From: a virus
IMG/VR virus record: IMGVR_UViG_3300021479_000014
Span: 16,610 to 80,609 of that record
Length of the DNA: 64,000 nt
Strand: one strand, 5' to 3'
A program made the position numbers and the translations under genes. Positions 18,379 through 29,676 of this stretch are shown here, one piece after another. The notes under the pieces are model-generated. The model was not told where the DNA came from. It saw only the letters and a program-made list of their open reading frames with translations, and did no database searches. The first letter of the stretch is position 1, and each line of letters opens with the position of its first letter.

Positions 18379-20984
18379 ATGGTAAAAGCAGTATATTGGT
18401 ATGGACCAGATAAAACTGGTCACGACGACTTTGGTATGCCATACGGCGATTTTATGTTTGATGGCAAAACAAAGATGGGACCTTGGGCCTGCATGAGTAG
18501 CTATAGCTGGGAGAAACACGGCTGTGGCAAACTCGGAACTGGCTTTGGCCAGAAGTACAAGAGACAGGCTGATGGCCGTTGGCTTAAGGTGGAGGGTTAA
18601 ATGGCGCGCATCAGTGTAAGACGTGGATCTGAAGGTCCAGAACACGATCCGTATTCATATACGGAGATCACGTTCTACTTCACAGATTCTGAGCGATCAA
18701 AAGTCGTTTATCATAGAGGATTAGGTGAGTGGCTTAAATATGGTGGTCGAACATACGACGCTAGTGACAGTTGGTTACCATCGTCAATTGACTATCTATT
18801 TAAGCACATAACTGGACTCTCAGTTCGTAGAGCCGAAGAGATTCCAGAGATGCTGTTTGAGCGTTCCATGCGTAAATACACTAAAGCTGAGCGCTGGGCC
18901 ATCATGGAATGCATCGAAGCCGATGAGGCCATGCTCAGAAACTGCTATTGAAATAATTGAACTTTGGAGCGCAGCAATGCGCTCCGCTTTTAGGCAATTT
19001 TGCCAGACTGAGGAGAATAAAATGAGGTACGTTGTTATCAATAGAGCATGTGATGGAACACATATTTCGTCACATGCTACGTTTGAGAAAGCACAAAAGC
19101 GTGTGGAAGAAATGGTTGGCAGAAGAGAAGGGCCATTCAAACTTAATCAACCCTATTGTTCTGATTGGGGTAACGTTCTCACAATCGAGGAGCGCCCAGG
19201 CAATTGGACTGCGAATACTGAGCGGCGCGTTTCCGAGGCTTTTGATGCTAACGAATGTGGTTTTGCAACAAAGGCTCAAATTAAATTGTTGCATGAAAAG
19301 GGTTGGCTGACAGGAGAGTAAATGACAGAAAATCAAGAGTTTAGTATTTGGATGTCAAGGGTAGAATTTTACCTTGAATCTATGGTAAAGAAGTCGTTGA
19401 CACTATTGAAGTCATATGACTATCGCGATGACTTCAATAAAGGTTTTCTACCAGAAGAAACAGCAACTCGTGTAATTCAAAGGAGCAGAAAATGGCAAAG
19501 AAAGACCCGTGGATAATATGCCCTGTCTGTGAAGGAGAGGGAAAGACAGTCAATCCAAATATTGACGCGAATGGATTGACTGCGGAAGACTTCAATGAAG
19601 ACCCAGACTTCAGAGAAGACTATATGAGCGGCGTATATGACATTACGTGCGCTGCATGTGGAGGTCAACGCGTCATCAAGAAGCAACGCATGAAAGAGCT
19701 GGCGCGAAATGCCGAAAGTCGCCGTCTGGCTGCTCGTGAAGATGGCGATTATGAAGGCTATTGCGGCGCTGGTGATTGGAGATATGGATAATGCATATCC
19801 TCCTTACCATAATTGTTATCATTGTACTAGTGGTTGTTTTTAGCAACCTAAATCAACAAGGAGTGATAACAGCTTGGAAAGGTCCAAATAACAATCTTGG
19901 TTGTATACCATTATTGTTAGTCTTTATATTTACCATTTGGGCCTTATGCCAATTGCCTGTAATACATTGAACTTAATGGCAGGTGCGATCTGCCATCTTT
20001 TAGGCAATTTTGCCAAACTAGGAGAATAAAATGGATAATCCTACAGTAGTGGTAGAAATAGAAGTGGATGCCGTACAAGAGGCCATCCAAACAATCCGAA
20101 AGATCAATAGCAAGATTGCTTGGGTGCTGGAAAATAATCCGCCATACAAGCAGAAGGAGCTTGATGATCTGAAGTATCGCAACGCCAATCTTACACTGGT
20201 TGAGTTGCGCCTCACTAAAGCTCTGAGCGATAGGGCTTTGGCCAATCAAGCCAAGGGCAATGTCGTTAAGATGGGAGGCAAGAAATGAGAAAGGCTCTAT
20301 TGGCAGAATATAAAGTCAAGCCAAATGGCACAAAACTCCTTGACGATTTCAGAGGAGACAGAATTTATGGTAATTGTTATATTATCATAAAGGCTGGCGT
20401 AGAAATCTACGAGGTTATTACCTCAACGTTGGGTGATTGGTGTAACTGCCCAGCCGGACAACATGAGAAGAAATGCAAGCATCTATCTATGGTGTATGAT
20501 TTCAAAGAGAAGGAAGAAAAGGTCATATGAAATACAATGCGACGTGTACGCTTCAAGCAGTACATATCAAAACTGGCAAAGTGATAGATATTTGTCAGTT
20601 TGATTCTTCTCCTCTTGAGATAGAAGCATCTTCACAAGAAGACGCAGACGAAAAATGGTCCAGACGCTGCCTCATCGAGGCAATGTGCTCTGGTTCTGAT
20701 ATAGCCAGAAAAGAATACAAGCAAGGGAAATGGAAATGAATAAACAAGACAAAGCCAGGTATCCTTTTATACGTGCCTGGGGCTACCAACTTGGTTCTTT
20801 TCAATATTATATCGAGAGTGAAATTGAAAGAGCCATTCGAGAAAATGCTCCTGAGCGTGCCATTTATAAAAGTGGTGCAGGAGGGTGGCGAACTATAGAT
20901 GACTGCAAGGATGAAGCAGTCAAACAACAGTGTATTGATTGGGTAGAAGCACATAAGAACGATCAATACGTTTCTGACGAATAA
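18379..20984 (+). CDS. Early hypothetical ORFs (18379-18600, 18601-18951, 19022-19321, 19322-19516, 19492-19791 Zn-finger, ~19791-19970, 20031-20288, 20285-20530 SWIM-like, 20527-20739, 20730-20984)
   Basis: Contiguous and SD-preceded; CPVC..CAAC and CNCPA..CKH motifs. Confidence 0.6.
18956..19024 (+). repeat. Repeated two-hairpin intergenic leader, copy 1
   Basis: attgaactt-[ggagcgca gcaa tgcgctcc]-cttttaggcaattttgcca-gactgaggagaataaaATG. Confidence 0.7.
19966..20033 (+). repeat. Repeated two-hairpin intergenic leader, copy 2
   Basis: attgaactt-[atggcagg tgcga tctgccat]-cttttaggcaattttgcca-aactaggagaataaaATG. Confidence 0.7.
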
Positions 20985-21045
20985 GACCGAAACTGGCCGC
21001 AGTGATGCGCCCAGTCGTTGCGTAATGCGCAGCCTGACGATGGTC
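20985..21045 (+). ncRNA. Type II hammerhead ribozyme HH3
   Basis: gacc-GAAA-ctggccgca[gtga]tgcgcccag-TC^-gttgcg[taatg]cgcagc-CTGACGA-t-ggtc; cleavage after C21016. Confidence 0.85.
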
Positions 21046-21065
21046 AGTAACCCAAGGAGATGTAA

Positions 21066-21209
21066 ATGGGCGATCCAGAAGAGCATAAAGACGAAGAGTT
21101 GACTGTAAAATCTGATGCTCCAAAGGAAGAAGGGCCAAAAACAGATCCAGAAGAGAAAGAGGCGGATCCAATTCGCCCAGGAGAAGGCGGACAACCTGAA
21201 GTAGCGTAA
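21066..21209 (+). CDS. 47-aa highly acidic protein (not in track)
   Basis: MGDPEEHKDEELTVKSDAPKEEGPKTDPEEKEADPIRPGEGGQPEVA; SD aaggag; lies between HH3 and a terminator. Confidence 0.65.
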   Translation: MGDPEEHKDEELTVKSDAPKEEGPKTDPEEKEADPIRPGEGGQPEVA

Positions 21210-21216
21210 TCAACTT

Positions 21217-21251
21217 GCCGCTCCCATTTTAGGGAGGATGGGAGCGGTTTT
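21217..21251 (+). terminator. Intrinsic terminator
   Basis: gccgctcccat...atgggagcggt followed by a T-run. Confidence 0.75.
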
Positions 21252-21266
21252 AACTAGGGATGGAAA

Positions 21267-24200
21267 ATGATAACCATAAAAGAAATCACTTCTATGAAAG
21301 AGTTTGCTATCATAAGAAGTGCTTTGGAACTATATGTCGCTACTCTGAGTGAAGAGTATGACAGTAAGCAAACACGCCTCAAACTTAAAAAACTTGAGGA
21401 AGCCCAAAAATGTCTGAAAGACTTCAAACAACTAGGAGAACAAAATGGCAAACTTCAAAAGGCTACCGTCACTTAAACCCTGCCATTGCGGCAGCGGTTT
21501 GGAAAGAGAAGCGCGTTATGATGCGCGTGGAATCTTCCTCACATATGTCTGCGAGAAGTGTGTGGAAGAGAAACTGGGTAAATTTCGCCCGGAAGTTCTA
21601 ACTGATCCCAATTATGATCTTATGGGAGAAGAGTTAGACGATGATGGTGATCTTGCAGATCCTGATATTCATCGCGATCTGCCGGATTTTGAAGATCCGG
21701 ATGTTCTCAGATGAAAACTCTTATCACGATGGGTGCGCTGCTAATTTCAGGCAGCGCACAGGCTATGTGTGATTTTGAACATCATTGCTATCAAGATACA
21801 CCACCGCCGCAAGTATATCATAATCTAAACGGAGACGTGATACCGCCTCCGCCTCCTCAATATCCTAAGCCTAATCAAATTATAGTTCATGCACCAACAC
21901 CACAAGTGACAATAAATGCGAATGTTTGTAAGTTGGTAAGAATTAGAGTAGCGCCAGAAGCTCCACAAACAATAGTTGAAATCTGCACAATGTCTGATGA
22001 TGAAGAAAGAATGTATCGTCAGAGACAGAGTCAACTACAAGCATCTATTCCACAATTTCAACCCTATTAAGGAATCACCTGGTCTTTTCAACAGCCCCCC
22101 GGTTGTTATAGGCCAGGTGAAGACTTGCCGCCAGGATTTGTACTGCGTACCTGGCGGATTTTTTGTCAATTTAGGAGGCAGTAATGGCAACCTATCATTA
22201 TTCCATGTTGGGAATGGTAAGAGTAAGACAACTTCCAGATAAATGGGTACTTGAAGTATCCTACAAGGATGAGGATGTCCAATCTGGATATTACAAACAT
22301 GACCAGATATGGCACCTAGTAGGCGAATGTTCTGATCTTGTCCAAGTAGGTGAACTAGTTTTGAACCTATGCAAAGAGGAGACCAAACGTGTCTGACTCA
22401 AGGAGGAAAGAAAGTGGTTGAGCAAAGGCGTTATATGAGTATCGTAATTGCCATCCTCAGAGAGGAAGGTTTGTACAGTATGGCAATGTCTAATGATCTG
22501 TATGTGTGGATCAACAAGCGTATCAGCGAGAACCATCAGAAAGGTCTCACTGTCCTAGAATGTGTGAAAAATATCAAGAAGGAACTTCAGCATGCCAGAG
22601 CATAAACTGCCAAAGCGTTTAAAGCTACCAGTAGTTCCGATGGAAGGTAACTTCATGTTTATAATTAAACCTGAAGATACTCAATTTGCTGAAGGGAAGA
22701 TATTGGAGACTTTACCAGATGTTGATATGCTTACATTTGGAGTTGGCGGTTTATTAGAAATCATCCCTTTATTCACTAAGTTTGGTGGACGTCCATGTGT
22801 TGCTTTCTGTAATGAAGAAGGCAAATTATATGGACTTCCTCCTAATCATTTAGCCCATATGCTTTGGGAACAAAACTTGGGGCGCATCATAACTGAAGAT
22901 CAACTTGTTGGAAATGTGGTTGTTGTTGTAGGATCACCATCATTCTTAAGGAGGATGTGATGAAGAAAATCCTCGTCATAACTCTAACCATAGGAACGAT
23001 AAATGCAGCAGATGCTCATTGTTACTCTCGCTGGTATTATCCGTTTCCTCAAAACTGTGGAGTCGCTTATCGCAGCCACTCCCATCGCATGGCTCTATTA
23101 CAGCTTGATTCCACTCCTCCTGTTCGTCCTGTTTCTATTGATTTCCCATTACCTGATCTGAGTGGAATATGGATCAACGCTACAGAAACTCCAGAACAAT
23201 TAGAATTAATGGAAGCAATGGATCGTATCAAAGCTATTAGAATATTATCAAATAATTAATTTGCCAATTTGGCAAGGAGACAGCTATGAATAAGGCAGAA
23301 CTCAAGGTAGTTGCTGATGCCAAGGGAGAAATTGAAGATGCAAAGGAGAAAGTTTCCAATTTTATCGATGAGATCATAACAAAGACAATAGATCCAATGA
23401 TAGAAACCATTGGAAATCTGCAAGATGAGCTGCAAGCGCAGTTTGACGATCTTTCTGAGAAGACCCAGGAAGGTGATAAGGGGACAAAACTCACAGAAGA
23501 AATAGACGCTCTTGGTGAGCTCAAAGATGAACTCGATACGTTCAAGACAGAGTTTGATGATACAGCGTTCGACGATATCATCGCTAAGTTCGATGATGTA
23601 CCAGGACTGACTGCATAGTTTTGCTTGACGTACCAGCCTTAAGGCTACCGCAAACCCCCGACAGGAACTGGCGTTGATATAGCACAGTCAACGAAAGTCA
23701 AGCAATGGGTGGGAGGAGGTATTTTGAATGGCATCCTAGCCTCCTCCCATTTCTTATATGGAGAGAAAAATGAACACATGTGAAGTTATGCACCAATATA
23801 AAGATGGGTTAGTAATAAAATGGAATAATTCTATATGGGTTGTTAGAGCAGATGGAGATCAGCCATCCTTGTGGCCTGTTGCGATTGTTGAGCGCAATGC
23901 ACAAGGAAGATTATCATTCAAAATTCCTAAAGGAACTGACATTGCTAATGCCAATGCAGTTCTTGCATCACTTATCGGAATTAATGACTTCTTTAAATAG
24001 GAGCGCCACATGCCAGTAGGTCCAGGTAAATATGATGGAGAAGCAACATGGGTACAAGCGCGCACCCAAGCTACTGGTGTATTACTAATGATAGTAGACG
24101 GTAATAAAGGTAATGGATTTTCAATAGCCAGTTTTGATATTCAAGCAACTCTTGATATTACATTGGTATTACCAAAATTATTAAGGGAAATGGCAAATCA

Positions 24201-25202
24201 AATCGAACAAGAAATCTCTAAAATGGGTCATTAAAATGACAAAAACTAAACCGTCTAATCAACAAGTACAATTCCGATTGTTACAAATGCCATGTTGTAA
24301 TATTTTGATCTGTTGGGTTAATCCACGCAGACCAATGTATTGTCCAGAATGTGGAACAAGAGTGTTCCATGCCTATCCAAAAGCAAGATGGGAAGAACAA
24401 TATTCTGAAGCATGGTTACGTGTAACTGACTATGAGAAAGCGACTTGGAAAGATGAAAAAGAAACATGAAGAGCATGATGAAAAGACCTGCTTTCGTTGC
24501 AGACTTCATGCACTATTTGAAGAAATATATCCGAAAGGTATTGGTGATGATGAAAGATTTATATTGACTACACTTGCTGAGGCAGTAGGTCAACTATTAT
24601 CAGGAATGGATGATCGTGAAGCAGCATATTTTATGTTTGCAGTAATGAAATATATGCAAGAAGATGATGAAGACGAAACACCCACAGAACACTAGGAGGC
24701 GCAACATGGCTAAGTTTGAAGAATCAATCGATCCCACTGAAAGGCTTACGTTCTTTCCAGATGGAACTGCTCTAGTTATCAGGTATTCGCCGTGGACAGG
24801 TAAATTCAATAAAGTTACCATACGACTTACTGAAGAACAATATAATAATTGGCACAACAAGCGTATGCTGATACAAGATGCAATGCCTCATCTAGATAAA
24901 GATGAGCGTGAGTTTTTAATGACAGGCTATACCCCTACAGATTGGGCGACAATATTTCCTCCAGAAGACGAGGATGATAAAGACGTTTAATGGGGGAATA
25001 AATGGAAACGTCTCCTTGGAACAGGAAGCTCCATAAATATCTAATGACTAATGGATATAAATACACTCAACATTATCGTTATGATAGATATGACAAAGGT
25101 AAGATAACCATCTTCTATTATATCAATAACTACATAATGATTCTAGAGGGAGGGGAACCAGCATCAAGTAGAATAGTACGTGAAATAGAAAGTGTACTCT
25201 AA
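21267..25202 (+). CDS. Cluster of small hypothetical ORFs, including signal-peptide-like proteins (21711, 22957), DUF3846-like 22592-22960 and an acidic coiled coil 23286-23618
   Basis: Contiguous ORFs with SDs. CNEEGKLYGLPPN..A...LVGNVVVV is typical of DUF3846. Confidence 0.55.
22128..22164 (+). terminator. Intrinsic terminator, preceded by a long hairpin at 22075-22120
   Basis: ccgccagg...cctggcgg followed by atttttt. Confidence 0.7.
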
Positions 25203-26226
25203 CCAGGAAACTAAAATGTATCTCATGGATCATATAATAGAAACAGTTCACGAAGCTAAAAAGAGACGATTGTTGAATCATCCAGTTATAAGTGTCTTCC
25301 CAATATTGGAAGAGAAACTGAAAGGATGTCCACGTTTCTTATTTGATGAAAACTCAATACATACAGCAGTTGAACTTACTCTGGGGCGCCCCAAAGTTCT
25401 CAGAGAAGCCATGGCGCATCTTACCATACCTTATTCAAGAATGTGGATAGAATGGCCAGAATCTGGTAGAGAAAGATTGAGGCAAACATTCTCAATAGAT
25501 GCTTTTGAGCATCCAAATAGACCTTTACCAACCCGTCTTGGCTTTTTGTTAGAAGCAGATGAAGCTGGTAGAAAAGGAATGGTAACTTGGGTCTGGAGTA
25601 ATCATTTTATTAAAAAAGGAGAGCCACCTAATGTGTGTCCAATATCTGCTTTCTTTGATCTAGATTTTGATTACGGAAAGTTATCCAATTCGCATATGTC
25701 AAGCTTTTTGGACGCAAATCTAGCACACATTTGGAGAAACAAACCAATTCAATTAGCTGCGCTCCAGAGTATATGGGACACAGCAGTACATAAGCCATCT
25801 GATTGGGGAATGAGATTTCTAGAACTTCCTACTCCAACATCTCCATTTGGACACACCAATAATGAAGTAGCCAATTTCTACGCAGACGTTTATGGTGAAT
25901 ACATTATGGTTTGGTCTTGCCTAATGCTTCTTACCAGTTCTAGGAAGATCATAGATCTAGAAGAAGTTGACATGTCTAAACTTAATCAGATTCGTAAACG
26001 AATGAACAAACCTGTAAAGCTGGACCATACTGTAGTGAGCATGTATATTAATCAAGATGTTCACGTACACAAGCCAGGTGTGCCGTTAGGATTTGATAGA
26101 AAGAGTCCTCGAATTCATATGGTTTCTCGCTATCTAAATAGACGTGGCGATAAACATTGGATAGTGGAGCCTTTCTGGCGCGGCAAAGGTGAAGTTATAA
26201 GCAGACATGTGAAGGTAAAAGTTTAG
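25192..26226 (+). CDS. Hypothetical phage protein
   Basis: 344 aa; C-terminal SPRIHMV.R...W..PFWRG. Confidence 0.65.
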   Translation: MYSNQETKMYLMDHIIETVHEAKKRRLLNHPVISVFPILEEKLKGCPRFLFDENSIHTAVELTLGRPKVLREAMAHLTIPYSRMWIEWPESGRERLRQTFSIDAFEHPNRPLPTRLGFLLEADEAGRKGMVTWVWSNHFIKKGEPPNVCPISAFFDLDFDYGKLSNSHMSSFLDANLAHIWRNKPIQLAALQSIWDTAVHKPSDWGMRFLELPTPTSPFGHTNNEVANFYADVYGEYIMVWSCLMLLTSSRKIIDLEEVDMSKLNQIRKRMNKPVKLDHTVVSMYINQDVHVHKPGVPLGFDRKSPRIHMVSRYLNRRGDKHWIVEPFWRGKGEVISRHVKVKV

Positions 26227-26501
26227 GAGTGCAACATGACTTATGAAGTAGTATCATTTACCGGTGATTTCCCATTAGCACATCAGCCTAATTGGGATGT
26301 CCAATACGTAACAAGAGCAGAAGCTATCAAAGAAGGTAGACTTCAACATGAACTATTCAACATAGAACAACATAATGAACATTATACTATGGTTTTAGAT
26401 TTAGATAAAGATGAAGATAATGAAGTTGAATGGATAATTTATCAAGATAAAGAATATGTAGGACGTAAAGCTCAAATACTTGCTGATGATTTAGCAGGAG
26501 A

Positions 26502-26708
26502 ATGTACGTGACAGCAGACGAATATGAATATTTCATTAAGCAATTAAATCCAAATTGTTGGAAAATATATAAAGTAGATGGACATTATAAAGAACCAACT
26601 GATACTTATACAGTTATGCTACACCGTGGCTATTATCAATGTGATTGTCCAGCACCAAAACACTGCAAGCACATTGATATGGTCAAACCCAAGAAGGATC
26701 TATTCTAA
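26502..26708 (+). CDS. SWIM-type Zn-finger protein ending in KDLF
   Basis: YTV...YQCDCPA..HCKHI. Confidence 0.65.
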   Translation: MYVTADEYEYFIKQLNPNCWKIYKVDGHYKEPTDTYTVMLHRGYYQCDCPAPKHCKHIDMVKPKKDLF

Positions 26709-26941
26709 TGAAATGTCCTTACTGTAATGGAACTGGAGATTTAATAAATCCTGAAGTTGGTGCACTCATTCTGTTGGCGCGCCAAGCTAAAGGAATGACA
26801 CAAGAACAACTTGGTATAGGTTCTAGCTTATCACGCGCACAAATTGCTAATATTGAACTTGGTAAATCAGATGTACCAACAAGAACTTTAGCGCGTATTG
26901 CCCAGACACTTGGTGTTTCTATGAAGGATTTAGTACCGTGA
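26708..26941 (+). CDS. XRE-family HTH regulator with an N-terminal CxxC
   Basis: RQAKGMTQEQLG...LSRAQIANIELGKS. Confidence 0.8.
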   Translation: MKCPYCNGTGDLINPEVGALILLARQAKGMTQEQLGIGSSLSRAQIANIELGKSDVPTRTLARIAQTLGVSMKDLVP

Positions 26942-27447
26942 CTCGTGAATGTGGAGACTGTACTCTTTGCTGCAAATTGGTACCAGTCAAAGAGATAGAT
27001 AAGCCAGCTAATACACGTTGTAAGCATCAACGACAAATAAAGGGTTGTCTTGTTTATCATACAAACAAAATGCCATTCTCTTGCCATGTTTGGAATTGTC
27101 GTTGGCTTGTTAATGCTGATACACACGATTTGGCGCGCCCAGATAGATCGCATTACGTCATAGATATGATGCCAGATTTTGTTATTGCCTTAGATGGAGA
27201 TAAGAAGATTCAAATTCAAGTAGTCCAAATTTGGTGCGATGCTAATTATCGAGATGCTTGGAAAGATCCTAAGCTCAAAGCATATATGATGCGTCGTGGC
27301 GCAGAAGGAATTGCGTCTATGATTCGTTACGACTCTTATGAAGCGTTCATTGTTTTTCCGCCTAATATGACTGCCGAAAAGCAATGGATGATTAGGTCTG
27401 GTGACATGAGAGAGAAGAGTGAGCTAATCGAACTATTGGAGGAATAA
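26938..27447 (+). CDS. YkgJ-like Cys-cluster protein
   Basis: RECGDCTLCCK...CKH...GC.VY...C..WNC.W. Confidence 0.65.
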   Translation: MTRECGDCTLCCKLVPVKEIDKPANTRCKHQRQIKGCLVYHTNKMPFSCHVWNCRWLVNADTHDLARPDRSHYVIDMMPDFVIALDGDKKIQIQVVQIWCDANYRDAWKDPKLKAYMMRRGAEGIASMIRYDSYEAFIVFPPNMTAEKQWMIRSGDMREKSELIELLEE

Positions 27448-28107
27448 TGGTAAAGTATAAACCAGGTTATGAACATCTATATAAAAGATTTCCAGGTCAT
27501 TATAGACAACTCATAATGAATCCAACAAAACCATTTAGACCTAATTATGAATATTTATATACACCATATCCTCCAGAAGATGATGAGGAAAAATGGCATC
27601 ATTGGTGTGAATTTCATGGTGTAAAATTATGGACAGATTTAATATTTTGTGACAATTGTTGTAAAATAATTAATCCAAACAGACATTATAATAGAAGTAT
27701 GGTGCCAAATTTATTACCAGCAAGAATACGATATTCAGTACCTGAAAAAATTCTCTGTCAAAGTTGCACAGCAAAAGAAAATTATCAATATTACCAACTT
27801 GAAGAGATTACGCATCTCACTAGGGAGATTCGTAATATGACGAGGAGAAGCAAACGTGGGAAAAAAGAATAATAAACCAAGACAGATCGTAAATGACACT
27901 CGTGGTTTACGATGGCTACTTTTAGTCTGTATAGATGATCTTGCGAACAGCAGGATCACACCCAACAAGGCAAACGCAATGTCCAATGTTGCTAATTCGA
28001 TAATGGACACAATGCGTTTAGAGATGGTATCCACCAGGATTGGCAGTTCTGATGGATACGCGCCTCTGATTCTTGCTAACGTTCCAGAAGAGATCGAGGC
28101 TAGTTAA
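27447..28107 (+). CDS. Two hypothetical ORFs (27447-27872, 27856-28107)
   Basis: Coupled ORFs; CDNCC..CQSC in the first. Confidence 0.5.
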
Positions 28108-29341
28108 ACAGGTCTTTGACCTCCTGAGAGACAGGCAAAATCTTTTCTCCAAGCTCTTTTGCCTGTCTCTCAAAATCTGGTTCCCATTTAACTTCGTTTA
28201 TCCATGGAAGAACCATCCCATTCTGTTGCGCTGCAAAGATTAAACCGCCAAGACTTTTAGTCCCATTTCTAGGTAGTTCTGGCCGATGCGATTTCCATTG
28301 CCGTGTAAAGTATCCTTGGCCTCTACCCATAGTTCCGTAGCGTGCGCCTCCTGATACTGCTTCTAAGAACAGTTCAAATGCTTGATCAATTGTTAGTTGA
28401 TTAGCTTCGTTGTCGTCATGTATTGCACCTATTAACGGTAGCATAACATTGAGTGTGTACCACTCGTTACTATCTGCTAGATGGTTATCACGTATGTAAT
28501 CAATACATGCTGATGCTTTCTTATACGCTGTCCATTTTGAATCTTTACGAGGGATATATGGTGTACGAACTGTTTCTCGCTGTACTGACATCTCTGGTAC
28601 TAGGCTGCGTAGCTTACGTATATCAGTCTTATGATAGTATTCCTTTAAGAGGTGAGCTAACGCTGGTTTTTGTCCTTTTGCTATCTTTTCTAATTTTGGA
28701 TAATTAACAGTGCCAGGTAAGCGCATAACACGATCAACGTTGGACATGTTGTCTACTTTGACAGGTAGATCTTGGAATATGTTGCGCAGCATAGCTTCAA
28801 AATCGTGTGATAAATTGGTTACACCAGAACGAAATTTTATTAGTTCATTATTTATTTCTTTTTGCACTTCATCATTAGCTGGACGGAATAGTTGAATATC
28901 TATTGCTTCAATAAGAAAATATACAAGCTGAAAACCACCCCCAGAATTAACAACAACTGATGGGCAAATATCTCCTGTTAGTTTCTCATCTATAAAGGAC
29001 GCGATTTGATCTGCATCTCTTTGGAAGGATGTAAAATCTATGTCAAAAGCTAAAGCTCTGATAGCGATAATATCATCAATATTATTCTTGCCCCACCAAC
29101 CTTGCCTTTGTGAAACTTTGCACGGTCTATTGACGCTATAATATACGTTTGATTTACGATCTTGTCTTTCTTGAATATCTTGTATGAGTTGTTTCTGTTG
29201 TTGCGCCTCAAAGGTGCAACCTGGTTCCCATTTAGGACCGTTTTGTGGACCTCCGAATGGAGCTTCACTTGCAATAGTATGGCGACCTCCTGGATCCAGG
29301 AGGTCTAGAAAATACAGGCATTGTTTGATATTTAGTTCCAT
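28100..29341 (-). CDS. RepB-type (AEP superfamily) DNA primase
   Basis: YYSVN...AFDIDF...PSVVVNSGGGFQLVY...DRVMRLPGTVN. Confidence 0.8.
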   Translation of the reverse strand: MELNIKQCLYFLDLLDPGGRHTIASEAPFGGPQNGPKWEPGCTFEAQQQKQLIQDIQERQDRKSNVYYSVNRPCKVSQRQGWWGKNNIDDIIAIRALAFDIDFTSFQRDADQIASFIDEKLTGDICPSVVVNSGGGFQLVYFLIEAIDIQLFRPANDEVQKEINNELIKFRSGVTNLSHDFEAMLRNIFQDLPVKVDNMSNVDRVMRLPGTVNYPKLEKIAKGQKPALAHLLKEYYHKTDIRKLRSLVPEMSVQRETVRTPYIPRKDSKWTAYKKASACIDYIRDNHLADSNEWYTLNVMLPLIGAIHDDNEANQLTIDQAFELFLEAVSGGARYGTMGRGQGYFTRQWKSHRPELPRNGTKSLGGLIFAAQQNGMVLPWINEVKWEPDFERQAKELGEKILPVSQEVKDLFN

Positions 29342-29342
29342 T

Positions 29343-29570
29343 TTATTCCTCCGTGTTGTTTGGACGGAAATTGACTACGTTTTCCTTTTCCAATTTTACT
29401 TCTTGTTTTTGAAATTTATCCCAGGCTTCGTTAAGTTCTTGTTGAGCTTGTCTTAGAATTGAAAATGTATCTTTATAAAGCTTAACAGCATCGTCAAACC
29501 TCTTTTTAGATGTTTCCCATTCTTTCTTCGCAGATTCAAATTCTGCGGGAAAAAGTTCTGGCATTACCAA
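29343..29570 (-). CDS. Small coiled-coil protein
   Basis: SD aggag; abuts the primase gene. Confidence 0.5.
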   Translation of the reverse strand: MVMPELFPAEFESAKKEWETSKKRFDDAVKLYKDTFSILRQAQQELNEAWDKFQKQEVKLEKENVVNFRPNNTEE

Positions 29571-29676
29571 TTCTCCTTTTCTTACTTTCTTGCCCTAAGT
29601 ATAGCGCAAGTAGAGGCGTAAGTATAGATCGAATATCGCAAGTAGAATGTTAACTCTCACAGCAGGAGCACAACTA

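Noticed and set aside
17190-20033. Recurring intergenic repeats as a CRISPR array
   Set aside because: They are SD leaders and ribozymes separated by whole genes. Spacing is irregular and no cas genes are present.
20974-20992. Extra CTGACGA just upstream of HH3
   Set aside because: It lies in the last codons of the upstream ORF and has no stem II before GAAA; probably coincidental.
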